A stretch of DNA of 58,668 nucleotides from Bacilli bacterium (GTDB lineage Bacteria > Bacillota_I > Bacilli_A > RF39 > UBA660): positions 1-58,668 of the forward strand of contig JAFQID010000048.1 in the NCBI GenBank assembly GCA_017397685.1, written 5' to 3'. Both the position numbers and the translations under genes were made by a program. Below the pieces are notes generated by a model. The model worked only from the letters and a program-made list of their open reading frames with translations, had not been told where the DNA came from and made no database searches. How positions within the stretch are numbered: the first letter of the stretch is position 1; each line of letters begins with the position of its first letter. Shown here piece after piece: positions 8,511-17,985 of the stretch.

Positions 8511-10196
8511 TTATATACTTAAGTTATCTAAGTTTTCAGTATTCTCTATTGGTTCCTCACTTGGCTGTTCTACTTCATTTTCCAAATTTTCATTAGTTGT
8601 TTCACTAGTTTCTTCACTAGTATTTTCTAACGTTTCAGAAGTTTCACTATTTGTTTGTTCTGTTTCTTCAGTAGTTTCTTCTTCAATTTCTTCTTGTTCT
8701 TTCCAAGTTGCTGTTAGTGTATCGCCATCTTGCGGTTCATATGTTTCTTCATCCACTTTTTCTTCTTGAGTAGTTGTATCACCATCTTGGATTTCCCAAC
8801 CATCAAATACTTTTTCTTTTTCTTCTACATTATCTCCTACAACCGGTGTATAGTCTTTACCAGCTTTTTGCTCTACTTCATATAAAGGAACTTCATTTTC
8901 AAGTATTATTTCAGTATTTGTATCTTTATCAACTACGACTTTACTAGACTCTGTAGGTGTTTGTACTGGCACATAGTAAGTTGGCGGTGTAAAGCCTAAC
9001 TCTTCTGTAATTTCTTCTTCAGTAGGAAGTTCAAAGTTTTCTTCATCATAACCTTTTTCTACTTCATGTGTATCAGATATTTCATCTCCATCAACATCAC
9101 TATTATATTTTACAACTTTTGTTCCACATACTGCATATAATTCTAGGTCTTCTGTTAAATAAGTTGTCTCACCTTTTTTATAATTAATAGTATTATCATT
9201 ATATAGTGACCAACCTAAAAGTTGACTATTATCACAATAATTATGATTAGAATTTTCTAATATAATAAACTCTGAATCTCTTTGAGTTATAGTATCTAAG
9301 TTTTCACCGGCATTGTTATAATATTTTATACTAACTTCTTTTGAACTAGCGGCATAAAGTGTTATTACACCATCTTTAGCAAAAGATGTTATATTTATAT
9401 TTAGTTCTGGAGCATATACATAATACTCTCCGTTATCATAATATAAATACCAACCTTTAAAAATATCACCATTTGCTAATGTTTGGGGATCTTCTAGAGG
9501 AACATAACCGTCATTTGCATTGTATGTTTTTGGTTGTGTTTCTGATACATCTGCGTCTATAAATGTTCCAGGAATCTTTGGATTTTCTTCTTTATACTCT
9601 ATAGTGTAGTTAATTACTTCACCTTTGATATAAATAACTATGTCTTCATACACTTTTGTATTTAAATCAAATTCATTTGAATAAACGCCTTTATCAAATT
9701 CAGTATAATACACACAATTTGTATATCCTGATGGACACCATGTAGTTGTTGGTATTTTACTTCCTTCATCAACTTTAGCAGAATCCATTTCATAATCTAT
9801 AAGTCCATCGTTTTCATCATAAACAATGTTATAAACATATGTAACTTTATATCTTACTACTTCTTCTTCCTTTTCTTCTTCCTTTTCATCTTTTTTGTTA
9901 TTTGATGATGTTTTTGTACTTGTTTTTTTAACTATAGAAGTTTTTTCTTTTTCTACAGTTTGTTCTTCTTTTTCTTCTTCATCATTTGGTACAACTACAT
10001 CTGTTTGTGGATTATTATTTTCACTTGGTTTATTTGGCACTTGTTCTTCTTTTTCACAACCAGATAATAAAGCAATAACTATACCTATGACAATAAGAAT
10101 GGCTACCGCTACAAAGATTATTATTCTTTTATCGCCATCATCTTCAATAAAATTATCTTTTTTAGTAGTAACCTTTTTAGCATTTTTACTGCTCAT
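8511..10196 (-). CDS. Surface (lipo)protein with InlB B-repeat-like modules and acidic Glu/Thr-rich tail
   Basis: TM segment ending LLSGC (possible lipobox); repeated ..Y..F/L.GW..LYA modules; EETSE-rich C-terminus. Confidence 0.65.
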   Translation of the reverse strand: MSSKNAKKVTTKKDNFIEDDGDKRIIIFVAVAILIVIGIVIALLSGCEKEEQVPNKPSENNNPQTDVVVPNDEEEKEEQTVEKEKTSIVKKTSTKTSSNNKKDEKEEEKEEEVVRYKVTYVYNIVYDENDGLIDYEMDSAKVDEGSKIPTTTWCPSGYTNCVYYTEFDKGVYSNEFDLNTKVYEDIVIYIKGEVINYTIEYKEENPKIPGTFIDADVSETQPKTYNANDGYVPLEDPQTLANGDIFKGWYLYYDNGEYYVYAPELNINITSFAKDGVITLYAASSKEVSIKYYNNAGENLDTITQRDSEFIILENSNHNYCDNSQLLGWSLYNDNTINYKKGETTYLTEDLELYAVCGTKVVKYNSDVDGDEISDTHEVEKGYDEENFELPTEEEITEELGFTPPTYYVPVQTPTESSKVVVDKDTNTEIILENEVPLYEVEQKAGKDYTPVVGDNVEEKEKVFDGWEIQDGDTTTQEEKVDEETYEPQDGDTLTATWKEQEEIEEETTEETEQTNSETSETLENTSEETSETTNENLENEVEQPSEEPIENTENLDNLSI

Positions 10197-10309
10197 CTTA
10201 ACCTCCCTATTATTATTTATTGGTAATATTTTTCTTACCTTGATTTCATTATAATTAATAATTTATTTAAATGCAATAGTTTGTTGTAAAATATATGTAA
10301 AATTAAAAT

Positions 10310-10332
10310 AAGTATCATTTTTATTGATACTT
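10310..10332 (-). terminator. Intrinsic terminator after leuS
   Basis: AAGTATCA-7 nt-TGATACTT. Confidence 0.6.
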
Positions 10333-12733
10333 ATTTTACAACTATGTTAACAATTTTATTAGGAACAACTATTTCTTTTATTATTTCTTTTCCTTCTAAA
10401 TGTCTTTGAATATTTTCAAGTTCTTTTGCTTTGTTTAAAAGCATTCCTTTATCTTCATCTAAATTTGCATCAAAAGTTGCTCTTAATTTTCCGTTTATAC
10501 TTACTGCAATTTTTACAGTTGATTCTACTGTTTTATTTTCATCATATTTAGGAAATTCTGTTTCACAAAGAGGTGTTTTCTCACCTATTAATTCATTTAA
10601 TTCTTCAGTAATATGTGGTGCGATTGGGTTAAGTAAATGAATTAATACTTTATAGTCAGCTTTAGTAATGTTTTCTTTTTCTTCATATTTATTTGAAAGT
10701 ATCATTAATGCTGAAACAGCTGTATTATAGTTCATAGTTTTTATATCATTTTCAACTTTTTTAATAGTTTGATTAATTAATATTTCCAAATCTTCTGAAT
10801 AATTATTTCCATCTACTACTTTTTCTTTTAATCTATATACCTTATCTAAAAATCTTTTACATCCTTTAAGACCATTTTCATTCCATGCAGCATCTTTTTC
10901 ATAGTCCCCAATAAACATTTCATATGTTCTAAGCGCATCAGAACCATATTCTTTTACCATGTCATCAGGATTAACTACATTACCTTTTGATTTACTCATT
11001 TTCTCGCCATTTTCACCTAGTATCATCCCATGAGCAACTCTCTTTTTAAATGGTTCTTTTGTAGGTACTAATCCTTGGTCGTATAGGAATTCATGCCAAA
11101 ATCTTGCGTATAATAAGTGTCTTGTCGCATGCTCCATTCCGCCATTATAATAATCTACCATACCCCAGTATTTAAGAGCATTCATACTTGCAAACTCTTT
11201 ATCATTATTTGGATCGGTATATCTTAACCAGTACCAACTTGAACCAGCCCAGTTTGGCATTGTATCTGTTTCTCTTCTAGCGTGTTCTCCACATTTTGGA
11301 CATGTTGTATTTACCCAATCATGTACATTAGCCAGTGGACTTTCTCCATTTTCAGTTGGTTCATATGATGGTACATCTGGAAGTATAAGTGGAAGTTCTT
11401 CATAAGGAAGTGGTACCCATCCACATTTTTCACAGTACACCATTGGAATTGGTTCTCCCCAGAAACGTTGTCTACTAAATATCCAGTCTTGAAGTCTATA
11501 ATTAGTCTTCTTTTCTCCAAATCCTTTTTCTTCAAGGTAACTTATAATTTTTTCTATACTTGTTTTTTTATCAGTTAACCCATTTAATACACCTGAGTTA
11601 ATCATTTTTCCTTCGCCAATATAAGCTTCTTTTTCGATATCTCCACCTTCGATTACAGGAATTATTTTTATACCAAATTTTTTAGCGAATTCATAATCTC
11701 TTTCATCATGTGCTGGTACGGCCATAATCGCACCTGTTCCATAGTTTGCTAAAACATAGTCACTTATCCATATTTCAATAGATTCGCCATTTAATGGATT
11801 AATACATCTTAAACCATCTATTTTAACACCAGTTTTTTCTTTTGTAAGATCAGTTCTCTCTATTTCTGTTTTACTTTTTGCATATTCTTGATATTTGTTT
11901 ATTTCATCTATGTTTTTGATTCTATCCTTATATTTTTCTAGGTATTTGTGCTCTGGTGACATAACCATGAATGTTACACCATAAAGTGTATCTGGTCTTG
12001 TTGTAAATACTGAAAGTTTATCCTCAGCATCTTCTAATTCAAAATGTACTATTGCTCCTTCGCTTTTACCAATCCAGTTTATTTGAGCTGTTTTGATTTT
12101 ATCCATGAAATCTGTTTCTTTAAGTCCTTCAAGCAATCTTTCTGAATAATCACTCATTCTAAGCATCCATTGTTCTTTAAGTTTCTTTTCTGTTTTTGCT
12201 CCACATCTTTCACATACTCCGCCCTCAGCATCTTCATTTGAAAGACCTGTTAAGCAATTTGGACACCAATTTATTTCTTTTTCATCTTTATATGCAAGTC
12301 CAGCTTCATAAAACTTTAAGAATTGCCACTGAGTCCATTTATAATACTCAGGATCAGTTGTTGCAAATTCTCTAGACCAATCAAATGAAAAACCTAAACC
12401 TTTCATTTGTCCTTTAAAAGTTTGAATACAATCTTTTACCATATTTGCTGGATATACTTTGTTTTTTATAGCATATTGTTCAGCTGGAGAACCAAATGCA
12501 TCCCATCCCATAGGGAATAGTACATTATATCCTTGCATTCTCATCATTCTTGCCATCGCATCAAGCGCGGTATAACTTCTTACATGTCCTACATGCAATC
12601 CACTTCCTGATGGATAAGGAAATTCTACTAATATGTAGTATTTTTCTTTATCACTTTCATTACTTGTTTTGAATGTTTCTTTTTCATCCCAATATTTTTG
12701 CCATTTTTCTTGAATTTCATTAAAATTATACAT
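10331..12733 (-). CDS. leuS: Leucine--tRNA ligase
   Basis: FPYPSGSGLHVGH (HIGH-type), KMSKSKGN, editing domain FTTRPDT and GTGAIMAVPAHDERD. Confidence 0.98.
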   Translation of the reverse strand: MYNFNEIQEKWQKYWDEKETFKTSNESDKEKYYILVEFPYPSGSGLHVGHVRSYTALDAMARMMRMQGYNVLFPMGWDAFGSPAEQYAIKNKVYPANMVKDCIQTFKGQMKGLGFSFDWSREFATTDPEYYKWTQWQFLKFYEAGLAYKDEKEINWCPNCLTGLSNEDAEGGVCERCGAKTEKKLKEQWMLRMSDYSERLLEGLKETDFMDKIKTAQINWIGKSEGAIVHFELEDAEDKLSVFTTRPDTLYGVTFMVMSPEHKYLEKYKDRIKNIDEINKYQEYAKSKTEIERTDLTKEKTGVKIDGLRCINPLNGESIEIWISDYVLANYGTGAIMAVPAHDERDYEFAKKFGIKIIPVIEGGDIEKEAYIGEGKMINSGVLNGLTDKKTSIEKIISYLEEKGFGEKKTNYRLQDWIFSRQRFWGEPIPMVYCEKCGWVPLPYEELPLILPDVPSYEPTENGESPLANVHDWVNTTCPKCGEHARRETDTMPNWAGSSWYWLRYTDPNNDKEFASMNALKYWGMVDYYNGGMEHATRHLLYARFWHEFLYDQGLVPTKEPFKKRVAHGMILGENGEKMSKSKGNVVNPDDMVKEYGSDALRTYEMFIGDYEKDAAWNENGLKGCKRFLDKVYRLKEKVVDGNNYSEDLEILINQTIKKVENDIKTMNYNTAVSALMILSNKYEEKENITKADYKVLIHLLNPIAPHITEELNELIGEKTPLCETEFPKYDENKTVESTVKIAVSINGKLRATFDANLDEDKGMLLNKAKELENIQRHLEGKEIIKEIVVPNKIVNIVVK

Positions 12734-13118
12734 TTTTATCTTTTCCTTCCTTTCTAAAATGTCTACCGACTATTTCATATAACGAGTATATTAATATAAA
12801 ACCTATAGCAAACCCAAATGCTAACGCCCATAATATATTATCTATGTTTGAAAATATAATGTATGTAAACGATAATATAAAACAGTTCATTAATGTTACA
12901 GTTTTTAATACTCTTTTATAACCTATTTTTTTTACATCAATTTGGTATCTTCTTACAAAAAAATCTATATCAGCATGTTTTTTACCTTTTACATAAGTTT
13001 TTCTTTTTTTATTTATAAATACACTATAAATCAAATAAAATAATAGGAATATTATTACAAACTCTACTATGTATGGTACAATCCAGTGTGTTTCATACAG
13101 GGCTACTATATGTTCCAT
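12726..13118 (-). CDS. Small three-TM membrane protein between the T-box leader and leuS
   Basis: Strong AAGGAGG RBS, three hydrophobic segments, 8-nt overlap with the leuS start. Confidence 0.75.
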   Translation of the reverse strand: MEHIVALYETHWIVPYIVEFVIIFLLFYLIYSVFINKKRKTYVKGKKHADIDFFVRRYQIDVKKIGYKRVLKTVTLMNCFILSFTYIIFSNIDNILWALAFGFAIGFILIYSLYEIVGRHFRKEGKDKNV

Positions 13119-13149
13119 TTTTCTCCTCCTTATAAAAAATAAAAACTTT

Positions 13150-13335
13150 ATAATTTAAGGACGAAATATTCCGCGGTACCACCTTAATTCATAAAGTTAT
13201 GCTCTCTACATTTTATCGCATGTTATAGCGAGATTTCTAAAATAACAAGTTCAAAATATTTCTTTTATAGTTTTCACCAACCACTATCTCTCTAAAAAAA
13301 GAAACATATTTTTACTACTTTATTCATCGCTGAAA
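13150..13335 (-). ncRNA. T-box riboswitch, Leu specifier (probably CUU)
   Basis: Minus strand AGAGAGA and GGTTGGTGAAA stem I motifs, GAA-CTT specifier (13247-13252), T-box AAGGTGGTACCGCG (13172-13185), antiterminator 3' side TTCGTCCTT. Confidence 0.9.
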
Positions 13336-13346
13336 TCAATATCAAA

Positions 13347-13375
13347 ATTATACTATATTATTTTACTATGTTCAA
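13347..13375 (-). promoter_or_regulatory. Promoter of the T-box/leuS operon
   Basis: TTGAAC-17 bp-TATAAT. Confidence 0.75.
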
Positions 13376-13414
13376 GTAATATTTTTTATTTTTTTAAAGT
13401 AATATATTTTACTC

Positions 13415-14122
13415 TTATCTTTTATAGATTTTTTTATACGCTTTTAATAATTCGCCTTCAGGTAAATAAACTTGGTCTATTTGTTTTTGATAATAAGCTA
13501 AATTATATATTAGTTCTCTAATTGATTTATTATTTTTATAATCAAATGTAAGTTCTCCATATTCATTATAATATTTACTACAATAATTAATTAATTGACA
13601 ATAATATGTATAATAATAGTACACATCTAACCAATCATTATTCAAACATTTAATAGTTTCATTACTATTTAAATTTCCTATTGCTCTATTGTTAACATCC
13701 ATAGGAATATCTAAAAAAATATCAGTAGAATATACGAATAAATGAGGAGTTTGTTGGTTATACCAATAAAATTGATAATCTTCCACTCCGCGCTCTTTAG
13801 TTGATACTATTTTTATTTCACTTTTTGCTTTAGATGAAAATTCTTTCTCAATATAATCAACCATAATTTCTCCTAAGTCCTCTAAGTTAAATGCAGAATA
13901 TATTGACATTAAATTATCCTCACCATTTAAATAATTAGCACTTGGGATATCTTCTAATCTTTCATATAATGGTCTTTGTGCATTAAAATAATCATTAAAA
14001 TATTTTGGTTTCAAAGTTTCTAATTGCTCTTCATATTTATTAGCTCTTTTGATATAAGCTTCCATCCTTTTAATTTCTTTTTTACTTTTTTCTAAATCAA
14101 TCATTTGATTTTCTTTTTCCAT
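13415..14122 (-). CDS. Hypothetical protein (likely start ATG at 14122 after GGGAGG)
   Basis: Long clean ORF, no recognisable motif. Confidence 0.65.
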   Translation of the reverse strand: MEKENQMIDLEKSKKEIKRMEAYIKRANKYEEQLETLKPKYFNDYFNAQRPLYERLEDIPSANYLNGEDNLMSIYSAFNLEDLGEIMVDYIEKEFSSKAKSEIKIVSTKERGVEDYQFYWYNQQTPHLFVYSTDIFLDIPMDVNNRAIGNLNSNETIKCLNNDWLDVYYYYTYYCQLINYCSKYYNEYGELTFDYKNNKSIRELIYNLAYYQKQIDQVYLPEGELLKAYKKIYKR

Positions 14123-14205
14123 ATTATCCTCCCATATTAAGTACATATTATAAATATATTAAGACAAAAGTCAATAACACTCTACAATTTGTAGAAAATT
14201 TTTGT

Positions 14206-15483
14206 TTATTTTTTTAATTGAAGTTTTATATTTTCATATATTTTTTGTGTTTCGTTTGTTTGATTTAGGCTATTTTCATATAATTCCAAATATTTTTTTG
14301 CATCTGCTAATTCGTTATTTCTTAAATATTTTTCCGCATATATTAAATATACTTTTGATACATAATCTTCTAAGTATCCAAAATCAAGGCATGCTTTTTC
14401 AATAGATTTATTCGTTTGTTTTATATATTCGTCTAATTCTTCGAAATTCCATATTCCATAGTATTTATTATAGTTTTCTATAAAACTTTTGTTCTTTTCT
14501 GATTTTATTTCATTTATACATTTTACTATTTCTTTGAGCAACAAGTATATATCAGTTGTTTCATCAAATTTTTGACAGTGTTCATAACTTAAGAGTAATG
14601 CTTTTTCATAATTGTTGTTGTCTATTTGAGCAAATATATTTTCTTGATCTGAATATTTTTCATGTGGTATAGAATTAGTTTCTTTTATTTTTAATAATTC
14701 TTCCAGTAATTTTAAAGTGTATGTTTGACCTAAAGTTAAACTCATTTTTTTAGAAATATTATTTAACTTAGCAATAGCTTCTTCATAGTTTTTTTCTTCA
14801 ATAAATGTGTGCAATATTTTTTTATCATTTTTTATAACATCTGCCGCTTCAAAAGTTAATAGTTTTATTATTTCTTCTGATATTATCTGTTCATTATTTT
14901 TTGATAATTCTAATAATAAGATTTTAGCATATTCTAAGTGATTTGTTATTATCGCTGTTCTTATACGATTATATGGTGTGATTTTTTTATATCTATTATC
15001 ATTTTTATTTATACATACATCTTCATATGTTAATTGTTTTGCTTTTTCATTAAACTCTTCATCTAAATCAGTTATTATATTAAGTAAATATAAATATAGG
15101 TTTATTTCTGATTTTTGAAAATTACTATTTATTTTAGTCATTTTTTTATATATAGTTTTTGCTTTTTCGTAATCTTTGTTTTGAAGTGATTTTTTAAATA
15201 CTTGATATAATTCACTTCTACTGTTGGATAACATTGTTTTTATATATTCAAAACACATACTTGCTTTTATATAATCTTGTTTTTTTAATAAATAATTACC
15301 ATAATCATATAGCATTTTATGATTATTAAACTTATAATATGTCCTATCATATTTTAATAAAATACCTTCTGATAATAACATCTTTTTTTCTTCTTTAGTA
15401 ATATGACATGCATTAAGTGTTTCTTTAGTTATTTCTTTTTCTATAATTAATTTATCTAATAATTTTTGTAATTTTTCTTTCAT
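14206..15483 (-). CDS. Hypothetical alpha-helical, TPR-like protein
   Basis: Repeated KDYIKA/KDYEKA/KNYEEA/NNYEKA helix-pair motifs; AGGAG RBS. Confidence 0.65.
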   Translation of the reverse strand: MKEKLQKLLDKLIIEKEITKETLNACHITKEEKKMLLSEGILLKYDRTYYKFNNHKMLYDYGNYLLKKQDYIKASMCFEYIKTMLSNSRSELYQVFKKSLQNKDYEKAKTIYKKMTKINSNFQKSEINLYLYLLNIITDLDEEFNEKAKQLTYEDVCINKNDNRYKKITPYNRIRTAIITNHLEYAKILLLELSKNNEQIISEEIIKLLTFEAADVIKNDKKILHTFIEEKNYEEAIAKLNNISKKMSLTLGQTYTLKLLEELLKIKETNSIPHEKYSDQENIFAQIDNNNYEKALLLSYEHCQKFDETTDIYLLLKEIVKCINEIKSEKNKSFIENYNKYYGIWNFEELDEYIKQTNKSIEKACLDFGYLEDYVSKVYLIYAEKYLRNNELADAKKYLELYENSLNQTNETQKIYENIKLQLKK

Positions 15484-15563
15484 TATATACTCCTTTGATG
15501 TGTTTTTTATATTACTATATTTTTTTTAATATTTCAATTAAAAAGAAAAAGTTTTATCTTTTT

Positions 15564-17969
15564 CTATATTTCAGCAACATATTCAAGTAGTTTCATAAAC
15601 ATTTTTATAAATACTGGTTTTAATCCTTTTGTTCTTAGTTTTCTAATAGCTATTCTTTTTGCTTTAATATCGCTATTACTAAATATTATTTTATCTATTT
15701 CTACTTTTAATTTAGTTTCTATTTTTAAGTCTGATATTATTCCCTCAAGATCTTCATTAATTAATCTAAATGCTTCTATTTCAATATCTTTTGCTTTACA
15801 ATATACTAACACTTTACTTGTAGTAGGAATATTTTCAAACTCTACTATAAAATCATTTCCTTCAGAGTATCTAATATATGGAACATTTATTTCATCACAA
15901 AATACTTGTACACCATTATTAAACTTAGTGTTTCTAAATTTAATTTTATAGTTTCTTTTTTCAGGTATTACTCCTTGTTTACCCTCAAGTGGTTCTATTG
16001 ATACTGAAAAGTCATTTTCTTTGTAATAGTAATTTATCTCACTTGTGAAACTATATCCTTCTTTATACATTGAAGATACTCCATCATCTTCATATAGTTT
16101 ATATGTATTACTTCTTCCTGGGAATATTTGTATTTCTAGTTTTTTTGGTGCAGATGTATTGTTTATATCATTTTTATCAAGTACCGCTAAAGGAATAATA
16201 GCCCCTGTTTTAGCAAATACCGGATAATCTTCATCTTTATAAAATGTTACATATCTTTTACCACCAATAAACTTTTTACCAGTTTTAAAGTCATACCACA
16301 CTCCATTTGGAAGGAATATTCTATGCACTACTCTATTCATTATCTCATCTTTTGATTCCGTTATAGGTGCAATAAATAATTCACTACCAAAATAATATTC
16401 ATTTTTATAAAGTGGTTCATCATATGTTTCAGGATATCTATAATATAGTGGTTGTATAAGAGGTGAACCAATAGTACTATATTTTTTTGCTTCTGAGTAT
16501 ATATATGGGATTAATTTGTGTCTCATATTTATATAATCATGAACTATTTTTAATGTTTTAGTATCCCATTTCCATGGCTCACGTTTATAATATTTTCCTG
16601 AATCTGATGATAGTCTGAATATAGGACTATAAACACCAAGTTGTACATATCTCATATAAAGTTCTGAATCTTCTGTTCCACCTTTGTATCCACCAATGTC
16701 ATGGCTCCACCAAGAAACCCCAATATTAGCAGCGGATGAATTAAAGAATGGAAGCATTTTTAATGTTTTCCAGTTAACTAATGTATTTCCTGAATATAAA
16801 GCACTATATTTATGTGGACATATTCCATAATTTCTTGAAAGTAAGAAATTTCTTTTAGCTTTATTAGTACTAAAATTATTATATAAAAAATAATTCATTG
16901 TAAACTCTCTCAAAGTATTTTCTTTATTATTATCATCTACCCATAGAAAGTCTACTCCTTTATTTAATAATGGATTTATTATTCCTTTTAAAAATGAATC
17001 AGTTTGCTTATTTTCATATACATTTAAAAGTACACATTTCCCTTCATCACTACCATATAATTTTCTAAACTCTTCAAAATTAGGTTCTTCTGTACTTATT
17101 AAACCTTCTGTCTTTATATTAAGTCCTAGTCTAATATTATTTTTATGTAAATAATCACATAATCCTTCTGGATTTGGAAACTTTTCTTTATTAAAATTAA
17201 AACTTATATTACTTTTTTTATTTTGAGTTCTAGCATAAGAACCAAGCATTAAAACTGAAAGCGGTATATCATGTTCTTTAAAATCTTCAACTAGTTTTTG
17301 TATATCTTTTTCTCCATATTGTTCATTTTTACTCCACCATATACCTAAGGCATATCTTGGAATTAACGGAGGAAGAGATGTTAATCTAAAGTAATCTCTT
17401 AAACCAAGCCCAAAATCATTATTATATATAAACAAATATGTATCAATATTCATATAGTTTGGTGCGATAATATTACCATATTTATTTAAAATAGGTGTTC
17501 TAGAATCATCAAATGAAGTAAAACCATCTAATGAAAATAATCCTTTTTCATAATTGACACTTCCTTTTGAATTATCAAGACTGTAAGACGTACCCATATA
17601 ATTTCTTACTTCTGGGTGATTAAAATACCAAGTTTTTTCAGTTCCAGTTATAGAAACCTTTAAATTTTGATCAGGCAAGAATTTTGGTCCTACAAAATGT
17701 TTTTCCTTTGAATATTCTAGTATAAAATGATCATTTTTTATTACTAATGTATCTTTATCTTCCTGAACAGTAAACTTTGGTTTAGCAAAAGAACGATTAG
17801 TCGCAAAAAAAGTTGGATAATCGTTAAATGATCCTGAAGAGCTATATTCAAATCTAATAAGTACATCAGATATTATACTAATTCTATAATTCTTTCCTTT
17901 AAAAACATAAGTGCTTGGTGTTTTACATAAGCTTAAATCCACATTAAAATGTGTTCCAAAATCATACAC
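15564..17969 (-). CDS. Glycoside hydrolase family 31 (alpha-glucosidase/xylosidase-like, DUF5110-type C-terminus), cytoplasmic
   Basis: PPLIPRYALGIWWS, FNKEKFPNP, GVDFLWVD (nucleophile), WWSHDIGG (acid/base), LYEDDG; GTG start with AAGGAGG; no signal peptide. Confidence 0.9.
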   Translation of the reverse strand: MYDFGTHFNVDLSLCKTPSTYVFKGKNYRISIISDVLIRFEYSSSGSFNDYPTFFATNRSFAKPKFTVQEDKDTLVIKNDHFILEYSKEKHFVGPKFLPDQNLKVSITGTEKTWYFNHPEVRNYMGTSYSLDNSKGSVNYEKGLFSLDGFTSFDDSRTPILNKYGNIIAPNYMNIDTYLFIYNNDFGLGLRDYFRLTSLPPLIPRYALGIWWSKNEQYGEKDIQKLVEDFKEHDIPLSVLMLGSYARTQNKKSNISFNFNKEKFPNPEGLCDYLHKNNIRLGLNIKTEGLISTEEPNFEEFRKLYGSDEGKCVLLNVYENKQTDSFLKGIINPLLNKGVDFLWVDDNNKENTLREFTMNYFLYNNFSTNKAKRNFLLSRNYGICPHKYSALYSGNTLVNWKTLKMLPFFNSSAANIGVSWWSHDIGGYKGGTEDSELYMRYVQLGVYSPIFRLSSDSGKYYKREPWKWDTKTLKIVHDYINMRHKLIPYIYSEAKKYSTIGSPLIQPLYYRYPETYDEPLYKNEYYFGSELFIAPITESKDEIMNRVVHRIFLPNGVWYDFKTGKKFIGGKRYVTFYKDEDYPVFAKTGAIIPLAVLDKNDINNTSAPKKLEIQIFPGRSNTYKLYEDDGVSSMYKEGYSFTSEINYYYKENDFSVSIEPLEGKQGVIPEKRNYKIKFRNTKFNNGVQVFCDEINVPYIRYSEGNDFIVEFENIPTTSKVLVYCKAKDIEIEAFRLINEDLEGIISDLKIETKLKVEIDKIIFSNSDIKAKRIAIRKLRTKGLKPVFIKMFMKLLEYVAEI

Positions 17970-17985
17970 GATTTATTCCTCCTTA

